A DNA stretch of 64,000 bases from an uncultured Pseudomonadales bacterium. GTDB taxonomy: Bacteria > Patescibacteriota > Microgenomatia > UBA1400 > CAYNFZ01. The stretch is from NCBI GenBank assembly GCA_964398525.1, contig CAYNMS010000003.1, positions 547 to 64,546 of the forward strand. The letters are read 5' to 3'. A program made the translations under genes and the position numbers. Each line of letters opens with the position of its first letter. Within the stretch, counting starts at the first letter, position 1. Under the pieces are notes generated by a model. That model was not told the DNA's origin. It saw nothing but the letters and a program-made list of their open reading frames with translations, and searched no databases. Positions 1 to 9,882 of this stretch are shown in pieces.

Positions 1-71
1 TTCAACTAATAATTTTTTATCATTCCCTTGCCTTCCTTCCTCCTTTATCATTCGCTATAATCGTTACCACT

Positions 72-1268
72 ATGAATCCTCAAGAACTTCTCACCCGCCG
101 AGTCGATAAAATTTTGCCTTCACCGGACGCCTTAAGATCGCTTCTAGAATCCGGCAAAAAGCTGCGCCTCTATCAAGGATTTGACCCCAGCAAACCGGAT
201 CTGCACATTGGCCACCTGGTCGGCCTGCTCCAACTGCGTGCTTTTCAGGACCTTGGTCACGAAGTCATCTTTTTAATTGGCGATTTTACTGGCCGTATCG
301 GTGATCCCACCGATAAATCAGCGACCAGACCTAAACTCACCAAAGAAGAGGTGAAACAGAATGCCCAAACCTACAAAGACCAAGCCGGCAAAATCCTCAG
401 ATTTGATGGAGAAAACGCCGCCCAAATGAAGTTTAATTCCCAATGGCTCGATCAACTTACCTTTGCCGATGTCATCGAGCTAGCTAGCCACTTTACCGTT
501 CAGCAAATGATCGAACGCGATATGTTCCAAGAGCGACTCAAAGCCAACACCCCTATCTTTCTTCATGAATTTCTCTATCCCTTAATGGTCACCTATGACG
601 CTCAAGTTATGGAAGTCGACCTGGAAGTTGGAGGTACTGATCAACTTTTCAACATGTCCGTTGGCCGCCATTACCTCAAAGATAAAGTTGGCAAGGATAA
701 ATTCGTCCTTACCACCAAGCTCCTTACCGACTCCCAAGGCAGAAAGATTGGCAAAACCACTGGCAACGCCATCAATCTCTTTGGCGACCCTCGAAATCTT
801 TACGGCCAAATCATGGCTCTCTCCGACGACGTCATTATTCCGGCTTTCACTCTGGCTACCACCCTCACCCTTGAGAAAATTACAAAAAAAGAAGCTCTGG
901 TTAAAACCAACCCTCTCCAGGCCAAAAAAGATTTGGCTTTCGCCGTTACCCAAATGTGCCATGGCGACACCGCCGCCCTCTCGGCCCAAACTCACTTCGA
1001 AGCCACCGTCCAGTCAGACGAGCTCCCACCGGATATCCCGTCAGTCCAAATTCATCCCCAAGAAGCCCTAAGTCTCCTGGAACTCTGTCGCCAAGCCGGA
1101 GTAGGGGAGAGTAGTGGTCAAATCAAGCGCACCATCATTCAGGGTGGTGTCGAACTGGACGGCACCAAAATCCTCGACCCCAACCAAGCCGTTTCCTTAA
1201 AGTCAGGCTCCGTTCTTAAGTTTGGCAAACGCGACTTTCGCCGTCTCCAGCTAAATCACCAGTCCTAA
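72..1268 (+). CDS. tyrS: Tyrosine--tRNA ligase
   Basis: GFDPS..DLHIGH (HIGH), GGTDQ, KIGKT (KMSKS-like), C-terminal S4 domain ending FGKR. Confidence 0.97.
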   Translation: MNPQELLTRRVDKILPSPDALRSLLESGKKLRLYQGFDPSKPDLHIGHLVGLLQLRAFQDLGHEVIFLIGDFTGRIGDPTDKSATRPKLTKEEVKQNAQTYKDQAGKILRFDGENAAQMKFNSQWLDQLTFADVIELASHFTVQQMIERDMFQERLKANTPIFLHEFLYPLMVTYDAQVMEVDLEVGGTDQLFNMSVGRHYLKDKVGKDKFVLTTKLLTDSQGRKIGKTTGNAINLFGDPRNLYGQIMALSDDVIIPAFTLATTLTLEKITKKEALVKTNPLQAKKDLAFAVTQMCHGDTAALSAQTHFEATVQSDELPPDIPSVQIHPQEALSLLELCRQAGVGESSGQIKRTIIQGGVELDGTKILDPNQAVSLKSGSVLKFGKRDFRRLQLNHQS

Positions 1269-1291
1269 ATCAATAATTAATTCATTCTTCT

Positions 1292-1396
1292 ATGATGTTT
1301 TCCAAACGCCAAAAGAAAATCATGACCGTAGTTATCTTCTTGGCATCTTTGGCTATGCTTGTAAGCACCATTCTTCCGGCATTACTCTATATCTAA
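1292..1396 (+). CDS. Small single-TM protein, 34 aa (MMFSKRQKKIMTVVIFLASLAMLVSTILPALLYI)
   Basis: Read manually. Basic N-terminus plus hydrophobic helix; fills the tyrS-recG gap with stop 1 nt before the recG ATG. Confidence 0.6.
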   Translation: MMFSKRQKKIMTVVIFLASLAMLVSTILPALLYI

Positions 1397-1397
1397 C

Positions 1398-3422
1398 ATG
1401 CCCCTTTCCCTAGAAAGTCCAATCTCCTCGCTCCCGCTTATTGGTCCCAAATACGCCTCCAAACTCCAAAAACTTGAGATTCACACTGTTGGGGATTTGC
1501 TTCATCACTACCCCGCCCGCTATCTCGACCGCTCCTCCGTTATCCCCATTGCTTCTCTAGATCAATTTCTCGACCAACCCGCTACCATTGTCGCCCAAAT
1601 TATTGACTTTAAAAACATTTTCACCAAAACCGGTAAAAATCTCCAAAAAGCCATTGTCGCCGACGATTCCGGTCAACTCGAAATCACCTGGTTTAACCAA
1701 AAGTTTCTAGCCCAATCTCTGGTTCCCGGTTTAACCTTCGCTTTTTCGGGCAAAGTCAAATTGTTCCGCTCTAATCTCTCTCTTCAAGCCCCGGAATTTG
1801 AACTCATCAAAACCAACTCCGACTCGGTCCATACCGGCCGGCTCGTACCGGTATATCCGGAAACTGCCGGCGTCTCCAGTAAATGGCTCCGCTCTCGCCT
1901 CAAACTTGCCCTTGAAAACATTATCATCAATGACTACCTTCCCCAAAACATCCGTGACTCTCACCAGCTTTTAGATTTACGCCCCGCCCTCGAGCAAATT
2001 CATTTTCCCGACTCGGTAGTCTCACTTGAAAAAGCCCAAAAGCGACTCGCCTTTGACGAACTTTTCCTCCTTCAACTAGAAGGTGCCATTAAAAGACAAT
2101 TCTGGCACACTCAGCACACCCAAAACCACCTTAACCTTACAAAAGACACTCAAGTCTTTATTAAATCTCTCCCTTTTCAACTCACCTCCGCCCAAATCAA
2201 ATCCTCAGATGAAATTCTCTCAGATCTCAAACTCAACCGGCCTATGAACCGGCTTCTAGAAGGCGACGTTGGCTCAGGCAAAACCGTAGTTGCCGCTATT
2301 GCCATGCATGCAGTTCATTACAATGGATTTCAATCAGTCCTCATGGCACCCACCGAAATTCTAGCAGGCCAACATTTTCAGGAACTCAGAAAGCTTCTCT
2401 CTCCTCACGGCATTTCCGTCGGGCTCTATACCGGTAGCACCAAAGCCAAAGCCCAACATGATGTTTTAGTCGGCACCCACGCCCTTTTATACAATCTCCA
2501 CACCAATAAAAATTTGGCATTAATTGTCATTGACGAACAACACCGCTTCGGTGTCCAACAACGGGCGACTTTAGAAAAGCTCGGCACCAACCCACATCGA
2601 CTTACCATGTCGGCCACCCCCATCCCCCGCACCGTTGCCCTAACCCTCTACGGTGATCTTGATGTCTCGATCATTGATCAAATGCCTTTAGCCAGATTAC
2701 CCGTCAAGACTTGGGTAATTCCTCATGCCAAACGTCAAAAAGCCTATGCTTGGATCGACCAACAAATTCAGGCTAACCATTCCCAAGCTTTTGTCGTCTG
2801 CCCTTTTGTCGACCCATCCGACGCCCCAGAGCTCACTCATGTTCGCTCCGCCACTCAGGAATTCTCCCACCTTTTGGACGTTTTTCCCCAATATAAGCTC
2901 GATATTCTCCACGGCCGGCTCTCATCCACCGACAAACAAGCCGCCCTTTCCAAATTCAAAGCCGGTCAAACCCACATTCTAGTCTCCACTCCGGTTATCG
3001 AGGTTGGTATCGATGTCCCCAATGCAACCATTATGCTTATCGAAGCCGCCGAACGCTTTGGTCTTGCCCAACTCCATCAGTTAAGAGGCCGAGTCGGCAG
3101 GGGAGACAAACAAAGCTATTGCCTCCTTTTTTCTTCCACCGACAACAAAACCGAAAATCGTCGCCTCCAAGCCCTTACTCGTTACAATTCCGGCTTTAAG
3201 CTGGCCGAAATCGACCTTAAACTCAGGGGTCCCGGTGAAGTCTTTGGTCTATCTCAACACGGTTTTAGTCAACTTAAACTGGCCAAACTTTCCGATAAAA
3301 CCCTTTTGGATCAAACCAGAGTAGCCGCCGCTGACTTAATCGCTACTGATCCAGGCCTCCGAGCCCATCCTCAACTCGCCGTTTTAGTTAATCAAGTCTC
3401 ACCGGAGGTTGCCGGCAATTAG
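1398..3422 (+). CDS. recG: ATP-dependent DNA helicase RecG
   Basis: GDVGSGKT, DEQHRFGVQQR, SATPIPRT, QLHQLRGRVGRG, N-terminal wedge/OB domain. Confidence 0.97.
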   Translation: MPLSLESPISSLPLIGPKYASKLQKLEIHTVGDLLHHYPARYLDRSSVIPIASLDQFLDQPATIVAQIIDFKNIFTKTGKNLQKAIVADDSGQLEITWFNQKFLAQSLVPGLTFAFSGKVKLFRSNLSLQAPEFELIKTNSDSVHTGRLVPVYPETAGVSSKWLRSRLKLALENIIINDYLPQNIRDSHQLLDLRPALEQIHFPDSVVSLEKAQKRLAFDELFLLQLEGAIKRQFWHTQHTQNHLNLTKDTQVFIKSLPFQLTSAQIKSSDEILSDLKLNRPMNRLLEGDVGSGKTVVAAIAMHAVHYNGFQSVLMAPTEILAGQHFQELRKLLSPHGISVGLYTGSTKAKAQHDVLVGTHALLYNLHTNKNLALIVIDEQHRFGVQQRATLEKLGTNPHRLTMSATPIPRTVALTLYGDLDVSIIDQMPLARLPVKTWVIPHAKRQKAYAWIDQQIQANHSQAFVVCPFVDPSDAPELTHVRSATQEFSHLLDVFPQYKLDILHGRLSSTDKQAALSKFKAGQTHILVSTPVIEVGIDVPNATIMLIEAAERFGLAQLHQLRGRVGRGDKQSYCLLFSSTDNKTENRRLQALTRYNSGFKLAEIDLKLRGPGEVFGLSQHGFSQLKLAKLSDKTLLDQTRVAAADLIATDPGLRAHPQLAVLVNQVSPEVAGN

Positions 3423-3523
3423 CTCACTTCAAGCAATAGTGGTAGAATATCCTACATATCTAAACGTTGCATTCTCTCTGGAGAGCCAGTAGAATACCCT
3501 TTGTTATTTTATTCTCAATCCTT

Positions 3524-3691
3524 ATGGGCGCATTACCTAAAAGAAGAATTTCCACTCATAGAAAAGGCAAACGTCGCTTAAACCACAAAGTCGACCTGGT
3601 TAATCTAACCGTTTGTAGTCAATGTGGCAGCAAACGCCGATCTCACCAAGTATGTCCTAAATGTGGGGCTTACCAATCCCAAACCTCCTAA
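3524..3691 (+). CDS. rpmF: 50S ribosomal protein L32
   Basis: MGALPKRRIS..., CxxC...CxxC zinc ribbon; start moved to ATG 3524. Confidence 0.93.
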   Translation: MGALPKRRISTHRKGKRRLNHKVDLVNLTVCSQCGSKRRSHQVCPKCGAYQSQTS

Positions 3692-3700
3692 ACTTCCATC

Positions 3701-4069
3701 ATGAAAAAGGCCACTGACCCCCGCCACAAACACCGTCAACAAGTCGTCAAACAGCTTTTTTCCTTTAGCTTTAACAACCTCCCACAACCTGGGGATCAAA
3801 CCACCCAAATTGTCTCTAAAATCAATGACCTTGATGCCCACATCTCCCGTAATGCTCCCGAGTGGCCTATAGACCAAATCAACCGCATCGACTTGGCCAT
3901 TTTGCGTTTGGCAGTCTATGAACTCACCCACACCAACACCCCTCCCAAGGTTATTATCGACGAGGCTGTCGAACTAGGCAAAGAATATGGCAGTCAATCC
4001 TCAGCCAAATTTATCAATGGCGTTTTAGGTAACGTCCTCAAACAACTCCAAAATGACCCTTCCAATTAA
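3701..4069 (+). CDS. nusB: Transcription antitermination factor NusB
   Basis: IDLAILRLAVYEL, VIIDEAVELGKEYG, FINGVLG. Confidence 0.95.
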   Translation: MKKATDPRHKHRQQVVKQLFSFSFNNLPQPGDQTTQIVSKINDLDAHISRNAPEWPIDQINRIDLAILRLAVYELTHTNTPPKVIIDEAVELGKEYGSQSSAKFINGVLGNVLKQLQNDPSN

Positions 4070-4721
4070 AGACCAGAAACTTAAAACCCGCGCTTTCACT
4101 CACCGTTCTTATTTAAACGAATCTCCAGATGTAGATTCCTCCAACGAACGGCTTGAGTTTTTAGGCGATGCCGTATTAGAACTTATCGTCTCCAAGCACC
4201 TTTTTCACAAATTTCCTGACAAACCAGAAGGGGAACTTACTGCCCTCAGAGCCTCATTGGTCAAAACCACTACTCTAGCGCAAATTGCATCCAAGCTAGA
4301 TTTTGGTTCTCAACTTCTTATGAGCAAAGGCGAAGATGCCGGCGGGGGTCGTCAAAATCCTGGCCTTCTTGCCAACACTTTCGAGGCTGTCCTTGGGGCA
4401 ATTTACCTGGACTCAGATCTGGAAACGGCCACTGCATTTCTTCAAACTCATCTCTTTCCCCTCCTCGATACAATAATTAGAGACCAACTTTATCGAGACT
4501 TCAAAAGCCTTTTCCAAGAAACCGTCCAAGCTCAAGGCCATCCTACCCCCACCTATGAGGTTGTCGACCAATCAGGCCCGGATCACCAAAAAAGCTTTAC
4601 TGTCTCGGTTCTAGTCGCCGACAAGCCCATCGCCACCGGTTCAGGTATGAGCAAACAACAGGCACAACAGCAAGCTGCTCAAAACGCGCTCAAGAAACTT
4701 GAGGAAGGTAAACTCTTCTGA
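4053..4721 (+). CDS. rnc: Ribonuclease III
   Basis: NERLEFLGDAVLEL signature plus C-terminal dsRBD. Confidence 0.97.
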   Translation: MTLPIKDQKLKTRAFTHRSYLNESPDVDSSNERLEFLGDAVLELIVSKHLFHKFPDKPEGELTALRASLVKTTTLAQIASKLDFGSQLLMSKGEDAGGGRQNPGLLANTFEAVLGAIYLDSDLETATAFLQTHLFPLLDTIIRDQLYRDFKSLFQETVQAQGHPTPTYEVVDQSGPDHQKSFTVSVLVADKPIATGSGMSKQQAQQQAAQNALKKLEEGKLF

Positions 4722-4749
4722 TAAAATTACCAATTCTGCAAAGGAATAT

Positions 4750-5046
4750 ATGCTAAAAATCAAACTTTCTCGCACCGGTCAAAAAAAACAGCCCCATTAT
4801 CGTATCATCGTGGCCTCGGATCGTTCCAAAAGGGACGGCAAATTTTTGGAAAATTTAGGCCACTACATCCCTTTCACTGATCCCGCCCAACTCCAGCTCA
4901 ATATTACCGCCTTCGATTCTTGGCTGGCCAAAGGTGCCCAACCCACTTCGGTTGTCAGAGCTCTTCGCTCCAAAACCGACTCCGACAAATTAGTCACCTT
5001 CAAAAAAACCCCAAAGACCAAGGCTAAAAAAGCCAAAGCCGCCTAG
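4750..5046 (+). CDS. rpsP: 30S ribosomal protein S16
   Basis: MLKIKLSRTGQKKQPHYRIIVA...RDGKFLENLGHY; start at ATG 4750 after AAGGA. Confidence 0.95.
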   Translation: MLKIKLSRTGQKKQPHYRIIVASDRSKRDGKFLENLGHYIPFTDPAQLQLNITAFDSWLAKGAQPTSVVRALRSKTDSDKLVTFKKTPKTKAKKAKAA

Positions 5047-5080
5047 TGTTTCATTAATCAACAATCACAACAAGGAAACC

Positions 5081-5509
5081 ATGAAACAGTTCCTCGAAAG
5101 TCTAGTCAAAAGTATCGTCGAAAACCCAGATGCTGTTAGTATCGCCGAATCTCAAGACGACCAAGACCGCCAACTTCTCACTATTACCGTCGATCCCCAA
5201 GATATGGGCCGTGTTATTGGTAAAAATGGAAAAGTTATTAATTCAATCCGCACTATCATGCGGGTGGTAGCCATTCGCCAAGGTGTCCGCATTAGAGTCG
5301 ACATTCACGAAGAAGGTTCAGACACCACCATGACTGATGACTCGCCCGACGTTGAAGAAGAAGCAGTAAAAGAGCCAGAAGTTGTCCCCACCATTGAACC
5401 AGAGCTTGAACCTGAAGCCCCGGTTGAGGTAGCTTCTCAAACTCTAGAATCAACCCAAACTCCTTCAGCCCAAGATCTTGTCCAACCCCCACAAGAAAAG
5501 ACTAAATAA
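5081..5509 (+). CDS. khpA: KH-domain RNA-binding protein KhpA with acidic C-terminal extension
   Basis: DMGRVIGKNGKVINSIRT; conserved position downstream of rpsP. Confidence 0.9.
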   Translation: MKQFLESLVKSIVENPDAVSIAESQDDQDRQLLTITVDPQDMGRVIGKNGKVINSIRTIMRVVAIRQGVRIRVDIHEEGSDTTMTDDSPDVEEEAVKEPEVVPTIEPELEPEAPVEVASQTLESTQTPSAQDLVQPPQEKTK

Positions 5510-5514
5510 TTTTT

Positions 5515-5543
5515 AAGCCTCGTTTTATGCGGGGCTTTTTTTT
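5515..5543 (+). terminator. Intrinsic terminator (possibly bidirectional)
   Basis: AAGCCTCG-ttttatg-CGGGGCTT hairpin followed by a T run, between convergent operons. Confidence 0.8.
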
Positions 5544-5622
5544 GCTCAAAACTTCAATCAATAAAACCAATTTTCTAGCCTCGCTCAGTGGGATTCTCCT
5601 CCTAGCCTCGCCTAGCGAGATT

Positions 5623-6438
5623 TCACTCCACCACTTCGTCACCAACTTGCAATTGATTTTCTGGCAAATCCTGAGTTTCAAAAATTAGTAAGGGTAGGGG
5701 AGTAGGGGAGACAAAACCACTTTCACTCTTTTCATACTCTTGAAAAGACTTGAGTTTTTCCACCAATTCCTGATGATCATCTCGAGACAAGGTTTTTGCA
5801 TCAACTTTAGTCAGTTTGATTTCTGGCTCTTGCATCCAATAAGCCAGTAAGTCCATCTCTCCATTAAATTGAACCTGTTCAGCCGCTATTGCTTGACTAC
5901 TTATCCTCACTTCAGCCAAATCTACCAGCGGTACCATGCTACCCAAGCTAGATATAAATTGCTTCATCGCTTCAAATTCGCCTTTAACTTGCAAGGTTAT
6001 CGTCACCATTTCATATGGCAAACTTGTTGCTCGACTTGGTTTTGTCGATTCTCTCAGGCTGGCACTCGCCGTGGCCAAACTTCCAGGTGAAGACGATAAA
6101 TCAGTAATCGAAACTCCAGTTGTCGATGCCAACACGTTTAATGATTCAAGCATAGTAAATATTGGCTTTTCCCTGGGTATAGCCCTCTCCGCAATCTCTC
6201 TCTTATCCGACAATTCTCCCTCACCCAACTGTTCCAATAATGTCACGGCTTGTTCTACTTGTACCAATTCCTCCTTGGTTGTTTCGATCTCGCCTCTTAA
6301 TCTACCAATCGCCGACCAAGAATTTGCCGTCAAAAGTATCACTCCTGTAATCACCAGCACTCCTAATATTAAAAACAAATAATCTCGATACACTAACTGA
6401 ATTTTCCGTGTTACTGTCGAAACACTTTCATCAGCCAT
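5623..6438 (-). CDS. Type IV pilus alignment protein, PilO-like
   Basis: N-terminal TM, coiled coil, ferredoxin-like VKGEFEAMKQFI; last gene of pilM-N-O order. Confidence 0.75.
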   Translation of the reverse strand: MADESVSTVTRKIQLVYRDYLFLILGVLVITGVILLTANSWSAIGRLRGEIETTKEELVQVEQAVTLLEQLGEGELSDKREIAERAIPREKPIFTMLESLNVLASTTGVSITDLSSSPGSLATASASLRESTKPSRATSLPYEMVTITLQVKGEFEAMKQFISSLGSMVPLVDLAEVRISSQAIAAEQVQFNGEMDLLAYWMQEPEIKLTKVDAKTLSRDDHQELVEKLKSFQEYEKSESGFVSPTPLPLLIFETQDLPENQLQVGDEVVE

Positions 6439-7024
6439 CAGACCCTCCTGCCTCTTTCAACAAATCAATACTGTACCCAAACTGATAAGTTCCCTCCTCA
6501 GATCGAGTCAGACGTGTCAAATTTAATAATTCATGCTCTCCCTCTTGAGACATATCAATCATGCTTTGATTAAAATCTAAAAATTCGCCAATCGGCCGGA
6601 TTGATCCATCTATCTCCATCACATGGGCCTTGTCATCTCCGCCAAAAGAAACCCCACTTACCTCAGATCCGGATTTATACACTTTATCAAAAACATCGAT
6701 CTTCTCATCAAAAGTTTCTCTGCCTTTTAAAATCGTTTCAATCGCTGTCAATCTCTGATTCACTGCCACATTTTCCTCTGCCACTTGCTGCAAACTTTCC
6801 AGATATCCATTTCTTTCATCTAGTTCTTCTGTCAAAAGCCCCACTGATCTCACCAACCAAAATCTATACCCGACTATTACCAACGAAACCAGGCTAGCCA
6901 AACCTGCTACCATCAAAGTTTTTCTGGTATAAATTTTTGCCCGTTGTTTCCTTCTGGAAATTTCCTTCTGCTGTCTCTCCAACAGATTAATGTCCAATCG
7001 ATTGTTTGAACTTGTATCCATCAC
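6431..7024 (-). CDS. Type IV pilus alignment protein, PilN-like
   Basis: INLL motif (PilM-binding), TM, coiled coil; follows pilM. Confidence 0.75.
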   Translation of the reverse strand: MMDTSSNNRLDINLLERQQKEISRRKQRAKIYTRKTLMVAGLASLVSLVIVGYRFWLVRSVGLLTEELDERNGYLESLQQVAEENVAVNQRLTAIETILKGRETFDEKIDVFDKVYKSGSEVSGVSFGGDDKAHVMEIDGSIRPIGEFLDFNQSMIDMSQEGEHELLNLTRLTRSEEGTYQFGYSIDLLKEAGGSDG

Positions 7025-8052
7025 ATCTCCTTAATTGCCAAACCGCTAGCTACAGAAAACGATGCTCTCTCACTTGGCAATTGAATTTTTTCGTCTGCCC
7101 CCTTTTCCCTAAACGGATCTCCAATCACTACTTCTACGGTCAGGTTTTGCGCAATATGACTTGTGATTCCCGGCAAGTTTGCTCCTCCTCCGGCCAATAT
7201 CACTCTGGTTACCCGGTTAATTGCCGGATCTTTAGAAGTAAAAAATTGTGTCGTTCTTCTAATCTCAGAAATCAAACTTTCAAACACTGGTGCCAGTACG
7301 TTTCTCACTCTTCCCTCCAACTGTTGTGCGTCCAGGCCATATGTACGTTTGTACTCCTCAGCTTGAGAAGGGGCTAAATTCAAACCTCTCTCCAAAGCTC
7401 TAGTCAGCGCTAAACTGCCAATAGGCGCGCTGTGGGCTACCGACAACCTGCCCAACGTATCAACTATGGCAAAGCTCGTGGACAACGCCCCCAAGTTACA
7501 TATCAGCGTTCCGCCCGCTTCCCCCTTATAACCTTGCAAATATACTCTCACCAAACTCAAAACTTCCGGCTCCAACCCAACCGCTTCTATCCCTACCATC
7601 TCCAACAAATCCAAATATCTATTCACGGTCTTCTTAAGTGACCCCACCAACAATACTAACATGTCATCCCCGGTCGAACCTTTTTCTGGCCGCCAAATTA
7701 CATCATATTCAAAATTAACCTCACTCATACTCACCGGAATATGCTGATCTGCTTCCCACTTAATCGCACTAGCCAGTTCCGCGTCCGACAACACCGGCAT
7801 ATTAATAATACTTACATATGCTTGCGGTCCCGGCAGCGACAAGTGGCAGTTTTGACCGACCAACCCCTGCTCTTTAATTCCGTTTTTTATAGCGGCAGCC
7901 AATTGTTCAAACTGGCCTTTGTCCTCTGGCAAAATTTGTCCCACCGGATTATATACACTTCCCACTCTCCTTAGCTTGGCATGTTGCCCATGCCCTTCGG
8001 CAGCGACATACTTAATTGCATATGAACCAATATCTAAACCAAAAAAAGCCAT
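7021..8052 (-). CDS. pilM: Type IV pilus assembly protein PilM
   Basis: FFGLDIGSYAIK, LAGGGANLPG actin-like fold, GLA C-terminus. Confidence 0.93.
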   Translation of the reverse strand: MAFFGLDIGSYAIKYVAAEGHGQHAKLRRVGSVYNPVGQILPEDKGQFEQLAAAIKNGIKEQGLVGQNCHLSLPGPQAYVSIINMPVLSDAELASAIKWEADQHIPVSMSEVNFEYDVIWRPEKGSTGDDMLVLLVGSLKKTVNRYLDLLEMVGIEAVGLEPEVLSLVRVYLQGYKGEAGGTLICNLGALSTSFAIVDTLGRLSVAHSAPIGSLALTRALERGLNLAPSQAEEYKRTYGLDAQQLEGRVRNVLAPVFESLISEIRRTTQFFTSKDPAINRVTRVILAGGGANLPGITSHIAQNLTVEVVIGDPFREKGADEKIQLPSERASFSVASGLAIKEM

Positions 8053-8067
8053 GGGCAGTTATTCAAC

Positions 8068-8808
8068 TTACTTCGTAATGGTAGTTCCGGAAAATAGGGC
8101 ATAATCCAAAATGCTAGGTGCCGCTGGTAGACTCTTTCTCACTTCCACGACTTTAGTTTCACCCGATTCTGTTCTAGATGCTGTTGAGGTAATTTTGAAA
8201 TATTGCTGAGGCAAACTCCATCCAGCCCCCGACACTTGAACTGTCACATCCCCACCAACAGCCCTAATTCTGACTAGATTATCTCCATTGGACAAAGGCA
8301 CGCTTACTCCTCCTGCTGAGCTAATGAAATTTTGTATCCCGCCACAACTGCTGTGAGTGTACCCAATCCGTCGCACGGTATTTGTGCTTTGGTTATAAAG
8401 CATCACCACTATGCCGCTACAACTTGTTTCCTCAGCCCAATTAATATTTATTGAATTAGTTCCTCCACCTGTTGTATCCAAGCTCACCGTCTCACCCTCT
8501 AATATTCTCATGTCAAAATTCGCCTCTGCCGAAATCACGTAGTTTACTTCTATTCCTTGATCAACAAATTCGCTACTCAAATCTCCGGTTGGACTAAAAC
8601 TTCCATCAGCCACGTCACTCAAAGCCATTTCAATGCCAGCCTCTGCCGCGTTAAACACAGCACTAGACTCTGCCTCTTGTCGTGTTATTCTCAAGTCGCT
8701 AGTCGAGCGATTCACCGCGCTCACACCCACTGTCAGTAAGCCCGACATAATCAGTAGTACTACCATTCCGATTTGACCCGTTTCTTTTCTCTGGTTCATC
8801 TGCCTCAT
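8068..8808 (-). CDS. PilX-like minor pilin
   Basis: GQIGMVVLL N-terminus lacking E5, AFNAAEAGIE-type motif. Confidence 0.75.
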   Translation of the reverse strand: MRQMNQRKETGQIGMVVLLIMSGLLTVGVSAVNRSTSDLRITRQEAESSAVFNAAEAGIEMALSDVADGSFSPTGDLSSEFVDQGIEVNYVISAEANFDMRILEGETVSLDTTGGGTNSININWAEETSCSGIVVMLYNQSTNTVRRIGYTHSSCGGIQNFISSAGGVSVPLSNGDNLVRIRAVGGDVTVQVSGAGWSLPQQYFKITSTASRTESGETKVVEVRKSLPAAPSILDYALFSGTTITK

Positions 8809-8891
8809 ATGCTAATTTAGTCCATTCTATAGTAAACTTCCATTTCGCTTCAACTGGTATTAATCAAAAACCCTTTCTAACTCATAGTTGT

Positions 8892-9383
8892 TTACCTATT
8901 CCTCAAGGTTACGCTGGCCGTAAAATCTTGTCGCCATCGCTCCTCCGGCCTGTCATCACTGCCTCCCTTCGCTATTCCAAAGTTCACCGTCACAAAAGTC
9001 ACCCCAGTTGCCGGGTCTTGATAACAATCCACTACAAACTGATCCACGTTCACATCTTGGGCTGTCAAATATTCACCCGCGGCTCCAAACACAATTCTTT
9101 TGTTTGCATCTCCTTCAAGTCCCAAACTACCTGTATCCCCGTCTAGTGTTTCATAATCCAAAGTTTCCATTCCTGCTTGGCAAGTATTGACCACTTTCAC
9201 CCCTCTTAATGTATCCTCAATCTGGTTAGCCGCAAATTCACCGTTTTGTTTAATTTCTCTCAATACCGTTTCCTTTCCCGTTCCAATTAGACTTGAAAAA
9301 AACAAGTTCACACTCGTAACTGCCAGTATGGCAAACACACCCACCGCCATCATCAGCTCCACCATCGTGTAACCTCGTGTCAC
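8892..9383 (-). CDS. Prepilin-type minor pilin (PilW-like)
   Basis: RG|YTMVELM class III signal. Confidence 0.85.
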   Translation of the reverse strand: MTRGYTMVELMMAVGVFAILAVTSVNLFFSSLIGTGKETVLREIKQNGEFAANQIEDTLRGVKVVNTCQAGMETLDYETLDGDTGSLGLEGDANKRIVFGAAGEYLTAQDVNVDQFVVDCYQDPATGVTFVTVNFGIAKGGSDDRPEERWRQDFTASVTLRNR

Positions 9384-9387
9384 TTTG

Positions 9388-9882
9388 CTACCTCCATTTT
9401 CTCAAACTCGTCTTAAGCCTTGTCTCGGTTTCATCCCCTTGGCCTGCATCCCACCTAACCACTGATTCCACTTGTATCTGGTCTCCTCCGCTAGGCGACA
9501 ATTCCAAATATCGCCTAAATTCACTGTTTTCTCCCAAGCCCAAACCACAGCCACCCCCGTCACCCACACTCGAAATTCCCTCAAACTCTTCCAGCTGGCT
9601 GGGCAGACTATTCACACAATAAACCGCTTTTCCCCCAGAGCTATCATTGTCAATCGCCCCATAAAAAGCGTTCCAGCCCAACAAGTCCCTTCGGCTCCTC
9701 AGCCATTCAATCGACTCTTGGGTGTATCTCACCGACAAGGCTTTTTCTTTGGAAAATCTCGTGTTTCTCACTGCTACAGCCACTCCAGCCACCACTGCTA
9801 CCAGTACCAACATTACCACACTGGTAGCCACCACCAGCTCAATCATTGTAAAACCTTTACTAGTCCTGGACGCCCAATGCAC
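9388..9882 (-). CDS. Prepilin-type minor pilin (PilV-like)
   Basis: KG|FTMIELVV class III signal. Confidence 0.85.
   Translation of the reverse strand: MHWASRTSKGFTMIELVVATSVVMLVLVAVVAGVAVAVRNTRFSKEKALSVRYTQESIEWLRSRRDLLGWNAFYGAIDNDSSGGKAVYCVNSLPSQLEEFEGISSVGDGGGCGLGLGENSEFRRYLELSPSGGDQIQVESVVRWDAGQGDETETRLKTSLRKWR

Noticed and set aside
5575-5620. CTAGCCTCGC duplicated downstream of pilO; similar CCTCGCC pair near 63128-63143
   Set aside because: Only short 7-10 bp matches; too little to call a REP or MITE family.
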